This document shows positions 1 to 6,750 of a stretch of 16,339 bases of DNA, one piece after another. How positions within the stretch are numbered: the stretch's first letter is position 1; every line of letters begins with the position of its first letter. The translations under genes were made by a program, and so were the position numbers. The notes beneath the pieces are model-generated. The model had not been told where the DNA came from, did not search any database, and saw only the letters and a list, made by a program, of their open reading frames with translations. This DNA comes from Candidatus Methylomirabilota bacterium (GTDB lineage Bacteria; Methylomirabilota; Methylomirabilia; Rokubacteriales; CSP1-6): NCBI GenBank assembly GCA_046726415.1, contig JBKPAK010000210.1:1-16339 (forward strand), read 5' to 3'.

Positions 1-1
1 A

Positions 2-529
2 GTGGTAGAGACCATCGCCAACCAGGAGGGCGGCGTGGCCGAAGAGGAGTCGATGCCCGGCGTCACCGTCAAGTGGTCGGCCGAGGCCCGGGATGCGCTC
101 CGGGAGGTGACCGACGCCTATCTGCGCCGCCGGGCCAAGGCGCGCGTCGAGAAGTACGCGCGTTCCAAGCGCATTCCCGTCATCACCTGCCAGCTGGCCC
201 TGCCCATCATCGAGGACACCGTGGGCCGGGACAAGCTGGGCGCCGGGTGGGACACCCTGCTGGCCAAGACGAAGTTCGAGGCAGCCACTCCCTCGACGAC
301 GAACGAGGTGGGTCAAAGGTTCAGTTGGACTGAAGACGCCACCGCGCGTCTCAACCGGGTGCCGGCCGGCTTCATGCGCGACATGACGCGCGAAGAGATC
401 GAGCGGGTGGCGACGGAGAGGGGTGTTGCGACCATCGACCTCGCCGTGTGCGAGGCGGGGATTGGGCACGCTCGCGAGACGATGAACGAAGTCATCGCGG
501 GCTACGTCTCGAACAAAAAGCCACGCTAG
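2..529 (+). CDS. C-terminal part (5'-truncated by window) of a protein with at least two tandem PCP_red (protochlorophyllide reductase B C-terminal-like) domains
   Basis: Frame open from the window edge to TAG 527-529. Two ~45-aa units match the PCP_red pattern W-x2-[ED]-A-x3-L-x2-(P)..R..E..A..G: WSAEARDALREV...VEKYARSKRIPVIT (W at 74) and WTEDATARLNRVPAGFMRDMTREEIERVATERGVATID (W at 326). Confidence 0.8.
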   Translation: MVETIANQEGGVAEEESMPGVTVKWSAEARDALREVTDAYLRRRAKARVEKYARSKRIPVITCQLALPIIEDTVGRDKLGAGWDTLLAKTKFEAATPSTTNEVGQRFSWTEDATARLNRVPAGFMRDMTREEIERVATERGVATIDLAVCEAGIGHARETMNEVIAGYVSNKKPR

Positions 530-544
530 GCATGGTGGATTGAC

Positions 545-561
545 GAACGACCATGTCGTTC
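545..561. promoter_or_regulatory. Perfect inverted repeat GAACGAC-CAT-GTCGTTC next to a TTGACG hexamer; possible operator or hairpin
   Basis: 7-bp arms 545-551 and 555-561; TTGACG at 540-545; lies in the intergenic gap upstream of the radical SAM gene. Confidence 0.3.
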
Positions 562-661
562 ATGTGTGAACGCGCTTAAGCGGCTGGAGCTTGCGCATGG
601 TGAGCGCCCGCCGGCGGCCGACCTTTTGCCTCCGCGCCGCGCCCGGTTAGCGAGCAGCGCG

Positions 662-2044
662 ATGTCGTCATCCCCCCCCGCGCATCCCTACACGGCGTAT
701 TCGGTGTCGTGGAATCTGACCCGGCGATGCAATCTGGAGTGCGCGCACTGCTACCTGTCGGCCTCGGCGAGTGCCGACACCCGCGGCGAGTTGACCACGG
801 CGGAGTGTCGGCGCGTCCTCGACGAGATCGCCACGGTCAATCCGAACGTCTTCCTGATCCTGACCGGTGGCGAGCCCTTCCTGCGCCGGGACCTCTTCGA
901 GATCGCCGGCTACGCGGCCGAGAAGCGCTTTACCACAGTGTTCGGCACCAACGGGGTTCTCCTCCGCGAGCGAGAAGTGGCCCTCATGCGCCACCACGGT
1001 GTGCTCGGCGCCTCCATCAGCCTCGACTCCACGCACCGCGCCAAGCATGATGCCTTCCGGCGCCTTCCCGGAGCCTGGGATGGCGCCGTGCGTGCGACGC
1101 GCGTCCTCAGCGACGCTGGTCTCGACTTCTCACTCCACATGTCGGTGACCGACTGGAATGTGGATGAGGTTCCGGCCATGATCGACTTCGCCCGCGCCCG
1201 CGGCGCCAAGGTATTGAACTTTTTCTTCCTCGTTCGCACCGGGCGTGGACGTGACCTGACCGACATCGACCCGGCCGCCTACGAGAGGATCTTGACCTAT
1301 CTGGCCCGGGCTCAGGGGGTGAGCAGTGGACCGCCCTCCCTCGTCCAGAGCTTGTTGGGTCGAGTTCCGGGATCGGGGCCGGAGACCTCGTTCGAGGACC
1401 CCTGGTCGGCACCAGTGGGCCAGGTTGACGGCCTCCTGATCCGCGCGAAGTGCGCCCCGCACTTCCGACGGATCCTTTGGGAGCTGAACCCCTCCTCGCC
1501 CTTGCTGAAGAACTATGCGCACGGCTCCTGCCCGGCGGGCAAGTACTACTGTCGGATCACGCCCGACGGCGACGTCACCCCGTGTCCCTACATGCCGGTC
1601 GCCGCCGGGAACCTGCGCGCGGCGTCGTTCGCCGACCTTTGGCGGGAGGCGGGGGTCTTCGGCGACCTCCGCGATCCGAAGCTCCGCGGGCGCTGCGGTG
1701 TGTGCGAGTTCTCGAAGATCTGCGGGGGCTGCCGCTGCCGCGCCTACGCGACCCACGGCGACTACCTCGCCGAGGATCCCGCCTGTGCCTATCAACCCGG
1801 TGCCCACGGCGGCCAGGTGATCGAGTTGCCCGAGACTCTCACCTTTGGACTCCCCGTGGCCTACGAGCTCACGTGGGAGGCGGAGGCCCGCGAGCGCCTG
1901 CGGGCGATCCCGTCCTTCGCGCGGGGCATGGTGGTGAGAGCCGTGGAGGCTTATGCTCGCCGCAGGGGCGACACGGTGATTACCACGGAACTGCTTGCCG
2001 ACGTCCGCGCGCGCTGGGGCGCACGGTTTCGACCTCAGGCGTGA
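662..2044 (+). CDS. Radical SAM/SPASM protein (AhbD/NirJ-like) with C-terminal PCP_red domain
   Basis: SWNLTRRCNLECAHC (CxxxCxxC), LTGGEP, TNG, SISLD, HDAFR..GAW, KCAPHF (AhbD-like), SPASM CPAG..C.ITPDGDVTPC and CGVCEFSKICGGCRCRAYA..GDYLAEDPAC, then WEAEARERLRAIPSFARGMVVRAVEAYARRRG (W at 1874). ATG 662 preferred over GTG 566 because recognisable sequence starts just after it. Confidence 0.9.
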   Translation: MSSSPPAHPYTAYSVSWNLTRRCNLECAHCYLSASASADTRGELTTAECRRVLDEIATVNPNVFLILTGGEPFLRRDLFEIAGYAAEKRFTTVFGTNGVLLREREVALMRHHGVLGASISLDSTHRAKHDAFRRLPGAWDGAVRATRVLSDAGLDFSLHMSVTDWNVDEVPAMIDFARARGAKVLNFFFLVRTGRGRDLTDIDPAAYERILTYLARAQGVSSGPPSLVQSLLGRVPGSGPETSFEDPWSAPVGQVDGLLIRAKCAPHFRRILWELNPSSPLLKNYAHGSCPAGKYYCRITPDGDVTPCPYMPVAAGNLRAASFADLWREAGVFGDLRDPKLRGRCGVCEFSKICGGCRCRAYATHGDYLAEDPACAYQPGAHGGQVIELPETLTFGLPVAYELTWEAEARERLRAIPSFARGMVVRAVEAYARRRGDTVITTELLADVRARWGARFRPQA

Positions 2045-2085
2045 TGGCCGTGATGTGACCGGCTTGGCCTGAGGCGTGACGGGTC

Positions 2086-2514
2086 GTGGATTCCCGTCGC
2101 TTTTGTCGAGCAGCCCACGCCTACTTCATCTACGGGGTGGTGTATTGGCTGGGCGGTGTCTACCTTGCGCTGCACGGCGTCGGCGTGCGGGGCGCGGCCT
2201 TCTCGGAGGGGATCGCCTGGATCGCGATAGGTCTCGTGCTCGTCTTTGGCGTTCCCTATTTGCTCCGCCGGCCCCGGGCGTGGTTCGAGCGCTGGGTGCT
2301 GAGCCGCCGCGACTTCGCCCGCATCATCGCGCTCTTCATGGCCCTTCGCGCGCTCGCCGTGCTTCGGGTGGTTCTGCGTCCGGAGGCAGCCTCGGTGACC
2401 GCGCCCTGGGGAGGCCAGATCAGCTACCGGCTTGGGGCAGCGGTCTTCTTCGCGGTCACGCTGGCCGCGCTGGTCTTCGTCGCCCGCGCGGCCTGGCAGC
2501 GAGAGGCGGCGTGA
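2086..2514 (+). CDS. Small integral membrane protein (~4 TM helices), unknown function
   Basis: 142 aa with four hydrophobic stretches (AYFIYGVVYWLGGVYLAL; IAWIAIGLVLVFGVPYLL; IIALFMALRALAVL; LGAAVFFAVTLAALVFVA); fills the gap between the co-oriented rSAM and ATPase genes. Confidence 0.75.
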   Translation: MDSRRFCRAAHAYFIYGVVYWLGGVYLALHGVGVRGAAFSEGIAWIAIGLVLVFGVPYLLRRPRAWFERWVLSRRDFARIIALFMALRALAVLRVVLRPEAASVTAPWGGQISYRLGAAVFFAVTLAALVFVARAAWQREAA

Positions 2515-2566
2515 ACTGGCTCGCGTGTGGCGTCGACCTCGAGTCGCGCGAGAGGAGTGCAAGAGC

Positions 2567-3490
2567 GTGAAGCGATACAGGGACCTCGCCGGCGACGGCG
2601 GCTCGAACATCGTCGGGCAGGTCCAGGAGCAGCAGACCCGCCTAGAGCGGCGACTGCGTGATGTCCGTCATATCGTCGCGGTCGTATCCGGCAAGGGCGG
2701 TGTGGGCAAGTCGTCGCTGAGCGGCGGCCTCGCCTGCTGTTGGGCGCTCCAGGGCTGGCGCGTCGGCGTCCTCGACGCCGACCTCAACGGGCCCTCGATG
2801 GCGAAGATCCTGGGTGTGCGGGGAGCCCAGCTGGTGACCGCGGACGGAGCCGTGATCCCTCCCCACACCCCGCTCGGAATCAAGGTGATGTCCATGGATC
2901 TGCTCTTGCCGTTCGACGCCGCGCCCCTGACCTGGGCGGCGTCCACCCAGCGCGAATCCCATACGTGGCGTGGAATCACCGAGGCAAACGCGCTTCGTGA
3001 GTTCCTGGCCGACACCGACTGGGGCATGCTCGACGTCCTGGTCCTCGACCTGCCGCCCGGCACGGATCGCGTGTCCTCGGCGATTGGGCTGGTCCCTCGG
3101 CTCGCTGGCGCCGTGGTCGTGACGATCCCGTCCGATGTATCTCAGCTGGTGGTGAAGCGGTCGATCACCGCCGTCCGCCAGGCGGCAGCCCCCATCGTTG
3201 GGCTAGTGGAGAACATGGCCGGCCTGTTTACTGGCCCCGACGCCGAAGCCATGGCAATCGAGGCGGCGGTGCCATTCCTCGGGCGGGTCCCCTTCGATCG
3301 AGCGTTGGCCGAAGCCGCCGATCGGGGCCAGGTCTTCGTGACGGCCTCTCCGGAGAGCGCGGCGGCCCGGGCGCTTCTCGAGATGGCTTGCCGCATACGG
3401 AGCGACCTCGAATCCCGTGCGGCGGCAGCCCAGGAGTCGAGGTCGGCGGGCCAGGTCGAACCGAAAGCGGAAAGACGCTCAGGCAGCTAG
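2567..3490 (+). CDS. Mrp/NBP35/ApbC-family P-loop ATPase lacking the C-terminal CxxC motif
   Basis: Deviant Walker A SGKGGVGKSS, DADLNGPS, KVMSM, DLPPGT, GAVVVTIP, GLVENM, FLGRVPFD. GTG at 2567 preceded by GAGGAG (2552-2557). Confidence 0.9.
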   Translation: MKRYRDLAGDGGSNIVGQVQEQQTRLERRLRDVRHIVAVVSGKGGVGKSSLSGGLACCWALQGWRVGVLDADLNGPSMAKILGVRGAQLVTADGAVIPPHTPLGIKVMSMDLLLPFDAAPLTWAASTQRESHTWRGITEANALREFLADTDWGMLDVLVLDLPPGTDRVSSAIGLVPRLAGAVVVTIPSDVSQLVVKRSITAVRQAAAPIVGLVENMAGLFTGPDAEAMAIEAAVPFLGRVPFDRALAEAADRGQVFVTASPESAAARALLEMACRIRSDLESRAAAAQESRSAGQVEPKAERRSGS

Positions 3491-4197
3491 CTGCACTTGG
3501 CCTCGGGATCGGGCTTGTAGTTCGGGATCTTGTAGGTGTTAACGAAGTTGTCCTCCCACGCGGGTAGATTGAGCTCTCCCAGGGCCTTCTCGCCATCCCA
3601 TCCCAGCACCCGCGCGCGCCGAGCCAGTTCGTCGATGTTGATCCGCCTCGAGAGGTAGCCCTCGGCGAGGGGCTTCGATACGTAGACAGCGATTGTCTCG
3701 TGCACTGGCCGACCTGTCCGCTCGGATCCGTCCTGCTTGCGCCATTCGAGGATCGTGATAAAGCCCCCCACGTCCGGGTCCGCCAAAATCTTTGGATTCT
3801 TGGTCATCGTCCGGAGGAGGAAGCCCACATAGCGGGAGAACATCGCCGCCGCCCGATTCTGCGGCTCGAGGGCGGCCCATGCCGGCGAAGGATCTTGCTC
3901 GATGAAGATTCGGATCGACAGGTACCGCTCGTCCTCGACCATGTTCTTGGGCCGGAAAAAGCCGATGCTCTGCTTCTCCGTCTCCACCCACGGCACGCAG
4001 TGATAGATGTACGCGTTCAGATCTCGGAGCGCCGACAAGTGAACTTTGGCTAGGTTGCGTGCCTTGTCGGTGGTGTACCGATCCACGGGCAGGAGGCGGT
4101 CCTGCTCGGGGGCAGCGGAGGCCGCACCCGCCACGAGGAGAACGGGTGCGGCGAGAAGGATCAGCCCGCTGAGGGCGCGCGCCCACCTACCTCTCAA
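3487..4197 (-). CDS. Putative secreted hypothetical protein
   Basis: N-terminal signal peptide (MRGRWARALSGLILLAAPVLLVAGAASA-AP), protein-like composition; TTG start overlaps the end of the upstream lipoprotein gene. Confidence 0.75.
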   Translation of the reverse strand: MRGRWARALSGLILLAAPVLLVAGAASAAPEQDRLLPVDRYTTDKARNLAKVHLSALRDLNAYIYHCVPWVETEKQSIGFFRPKNMVEDERYLSIRIFIEQDPSPAWAALEPQNRAAAMFSRYVGFLLRTMTKNPKILADPDVGGFITILEWRKQDGSERTGRPVHETIAVYVSKPLAEGYLSRRINIDELARRARVLGWDGEKALGELNLPAWEDNFVNTYKIPNYKPDPEAKCS

Positions 4198-4444
4198 GGA
4201 TCTGATCTTGGCTGACGGTGATCGGTCTGCCCCACCAGCCCTGGTCGCGGGCCAAGGTGATGTCCTTGCGTGTCACCGAGGGCTTGCTCCCTTCCCGATT
4301 GCGGACTGAGAAGAACATGTGGTCTCCCGATGCGAAGTGCGCACCGTTGGACCGCCAAATCTGCCATTCCTCCCCCGTCGCGCAGCCCGCCGTTGCCGCC
4401 AGCGCCCCCCCAACGAGAAGCAACCGCACGCCTTTGCTTCGCAT
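4187..4444 (-). CDS. Small putative lipoprotein (85 aa)
   Basis: Basic N-terminus, hydrophobic stretch and lipobox-like TAG-C (MRSKGVRLLLVGGALAATAGC); GGGGAGG RBS upstream of ATG 4444. Confidence 0.8.
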   Translation of the reverse strand: MRSKGVRLLLVGGALAATAGCATGEEWQIWRSNGAHFASGDHMFFSVRNREGSKPSVTRKDITLARDQGWWGRPITVSQDQILER

Positions 4445-4480
4445 GGCCTGGACCCTCCCCCAGATGATGAACGACGTCCT

Positions 4481-4533
4481 ATGCTAGCGGGATCGGCGGT
4501 CGAGGGTCAACAGGGTCGGGCTCGTGCTAGACT
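4481..4533. promoter_or_regulatory. Candidate divergent -10 elements
   Basis: Minus-strand TAGCAT (4486-4481) toward the lipoprotein gene; plus-strand extended -10 TG-C-TAGACT (4525-4533) toward the PAC2 gene. Confidence 0.4.
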
Positions 4534-4656
4534 TCTGACCATCCCGCGCCGGGGAGACGCCATGAGCCTGGAAGGCCCGTCACGTGACGAGATCCTCACC
4601 CCTTTGAGTTGGCCCGGCTGGCCCGCCAACGTGCCGCACGGAACGAGCGGGGAACC

Positions 4657-5538
4657 ATGCCTCCGCTGACGATCCACGCGATGCCCACCGGCCTGCGCCG
4701 TCCGCTGCTGATCATGGCGTTCAGCGGCTGGAATGACGCGGCGGAGTCGGCGACCACCGCCGTGCGGTTTCTGGGGTCGGCGTTCGGCGCCGAGCGGTTT
4801 GCCGACATCGATCCCGAGGAGTTCTATCACTTTGGCCTGACCCGGCCCAACGTCCGCTATAGGTCCGACCAGCCATCTGAGCGGGAGATCATCTGGCCCG
4901 CCACCGAATTCTCGATCGCCCAGTCGGCCGATCTCTCGCGCGATGTCATCGTGGGCGTCGCCGCGGAGCCGCACCTCAAGTGGAAGACGTACTGTGCCGC
5001 CGTCGTGGAGCTGGCCCGCCACTGCGAGGTCGGACTGGTCCTCACCCTCGGCGGATTGCTCGCCGAAGTCCCGCACACTCGGCCGGTGCGCCTGTCGGGG
5101 AGCGCCTCCGACCCGGAGCTGGCGGCGCGACTTGGCGTGCGACCCTCGCGCTATGAGGGGCCCACCGGGATCGTCGGAGTCTTGAACTCCCACTGCCGTG
5201 ATCACGGGCTGGCCACTGCCAGTCTGTGGGCCAACGTCCCGCACTACGTCTCTGGGATCGAGAACCCCAAGGCGGCGCTGGCCCTGGTGCGGCGCGTCCT
5301 CGCCATGATCGACGCCACGGCGGACCTGGCCGAACTGCAGGAGGCCACCAAGCAGTTCGAGCAGAACCTCTCGGAGGTGGTTTCCCAGAACGCCAAGATC
5401 GCCGGGTACATCAAGAGGTTGGAGTCCAAGGCGGCTGAGGAAGAAGAGCCACCTGCCGCACCACCGAGCGACTTGCCCCCAGCCTCTGAACTCGTGAACG
5501 AGATCGAGCAGTTCATGCGGCGTCAGCGCCCGGAGTGA
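4657..5538 (+). CDS. PAC2 (proteasome assembly chaperone-like) family protein
   Basis: AFSGWNDAAESAT, IDPEEFYHF..RP, EPHLKW, LGGLLAEVPHTRP, YEGPTGIVGVL, LWANVPHY, PKAALAL and C-terminal EIEQFMR match the bacterial PAC2 family; ATG at 4657. Confidence 0.9.
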   Translation: MPPLTIHAMPTGLRRPLLIMAFSGWNDAAESATTAVRFLGSAFGAERFADIDPEEFYHFGLTRPNVRYRSDQPSEREIIWPATEFSIAQSADLSRDVIVGVAAEPHLKWKTYCAAVVELARHCEVGLVLTLGGLLAEVPHTRPVRLSGSASDPELAARLGVRPSRYEGPTGIVGVLNSHCRDHGLATASLWANVPHYVSGIENPKAALALVRRVLAMIDATADLAELQEATKQFEQNLSEVVSQNAKIAGYIKRLESKAAEEEEPPAAPPSDLPPASELVNEIEQFMRRQRPE

Positions 5539-6416
5539 AGAGGCCGCGGGTCACGGTCGGGCTCGCGCTGGCTGCTCTGGTCGCCGGCGCCGTCCCGGCC
5601 CTCGCCGGATCGTCGCTCCGCGCGCACTGGCGCCCGGAAGCGCCGCGGGTCGGCGATGTCCTGTTTCTCGAAGTGAGCGGAACCTTTCGCCCAGGCGCGG
5701 CGCTCACGGGGAAGCTCGACTCGAGTCCGCTGACCTTCTTCTCCTACGACGGGGGTCACGCCGCGCTGGTCGGCATCGACCTCGCGGCGTCGCCGGGCCG
5801 GCATGAGTGGCGAATCGAGGTCCGTGAGCCCGGGGAACCAGTGCGCGAGCTGCGGGGTCAGCTTCCGGTCGCTCCTCGCACCTTCAGCGTCCAGCGGCTC
5901 ACCTTGCCCCGGGCCATGGTCGACCTGGATCCAGACACCGAGCAACGCGCCGTGGCTGAGGGCCAGCGCCTGCGGGCGCTGTACCGCACGCTGACGCCCG
6001 AACGGCTTTGGCGCGGGCGCTTCGCGCACCCGCTCGGTGGCGACGAGCTAGGCGGAGGCTTCGGAGCGCAACGGATCATCAACGGCCAAGCTCGGGCGCC
6101 GCACGCGGGCACGGACTACCCGGCGCCGCTGGGGACACCGGTCCTCGCCGCCAATGCTGGCCGCGTCGCCCTCGTGGCGGAGTTCTTCTTCCCGGGCCGG
6201 CTGGTCATCATCGATCATGGACTCGGTCTCTACACCCTCTACTTCCACCTCGACAACGTGGCGGTATCCGAAGGCGCGATGGTCGAGCGCCGTCAATCCA
6301 TCGGAACTGTGGGCGCCAGCGGCCGCGCGACGGGACCGCACCTGCACTTCGGGGTGCAGGTCGGAGAAGCGCGCGTCGACCCCGACGTTCTCCTGGGCCT
6401 CGGCGTCGCGGACTGA
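5535..6416 (+). CDS. Secreted M23 family metallopeptidase
   Basis: Signal peptide; HAGTD (HxxxD), IIDHGLGLYTLYFHL and GRATGPHLHF (HxH); GTGA overlap with the PAC2 stop. Confidence 0.92.
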   Translation: MKRPRVTVGLALAALVAGAVPALAGSSLRAHWRPEAPRVGDVLFLEVSGTFRPGAALTGKLDSSPLTFFSYDGGHAALVGIDLAASPGRHEWRIEVREPGEPVRELRGQLPVAPRTFSVQRLTLPRAMVDLDPDTEQRAVAEGQRLRALYRTLTPERLWRGRFAHPLGGDELGGGFGAQRIINGQARAPHAGTDYPAPLGTPVLAANAGRVALVAEFFFPGRLVIIDHGLGLYTLYFHLDNVAVSEGAMVERRQSIGTVGASGRATGPHLHFGVQVGEARVDPDVLLGLGVAD

Positions 6417-6420
6417 TGAG

Positions 6421-6496
6421 ATGGGGGGCCTCGAAAGGGCCCCCCAAGCCCCCCAAACGCTCGGCGCGCCCCGGGGAACCCGGGGCACGCCTCGAC
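6421..6496 (+). repeat. REP-like palindromic element, copy 1
   Basis: ATGGGGGGCCTCGAAAGGGCCCCCCAA (6421-6447; 9-bp stem TGGGGGGCC/GGCCCCCCA) is identical to the reverse complement of 8310-8336; followed by a second hairpin GCCCCGGGGAACCCGGGGC and CCTCGA. Confidence 0.85.
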
Positions 6497-6706
6497 AGGG
6501 CTTGGCGGTCGGCAGCTGTGACGGCGCGCTGCGACCCGGCCCGCGCCGCGCCGGGCCCTTGGCGAACCCGGGGCACGCCTCGACAGGGCTCGGCGGTCGG
6601 CAGCTGTGACGCCGCGTCTCGACCCGGGCCCCGCCGCGCCGGGCCCTTGGCGAACTCGGGGCACGCCTCGACAGGGCGCGGCGGTCGGCAGCTGTGACGG
6701 CGCGCT
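6476..6706 (+). repeat. Non-coding tandem repeat, 88-bp period, ~2.6 copies
   Basis: GAAC[C/T]CGGGGCACGCCTCGACAGGGCnnGGCGGTCGGCAGCTGTGACG recurs at 6476, 6564 and 6652; period is not a multiple of 3; lies between convergent genes. Confidence 0.9.
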
Positions 6707-6750
6707 CGCGCCCTCCAAGCATGGGCGGGGTATTTCGGGACGCTCTGTTG

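Noticed and set aside
545-561. LexA (GAAC-N4-GTTC) or FNR box
   Set aside because: Spacing is GAAC-N9-GTTC, and there is no TTGAT-N4-ATCAA match.
566-661. Longer starts given by the ORF track (566, and likewise 2432, 4609, 9947, 10782, 13048, and 14325 on the minus strand)
   Set aside because: The extensions lack family similarity or overlap neighbouring genes; downstream starts have better RBS, coupling or motif support.
2-2044. Photosynthesis (bchB/chlB) genes
   Set aside because: Only the small C-terminal PCP_red-like domain is visible; no nitrogenase-like catalytic domain or bchL/bchN in the window.
662-2044. RiPP maturase with a precursor peptide
   Set aside because: No PqqD/RRE domain, evident precursor peptide or dedicated exporter nearby; motifs are closer to AhbD/NirJ.
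6476-6706. CRISPR array or coding repeat
   Set aside because: The whole 88-bp unit is repeated, leaving no unique spacers, and the period breaks frame; ORFs crossing it (6008-6697, 6154-6609, 6048-6722) are GC-rich shadow frames.
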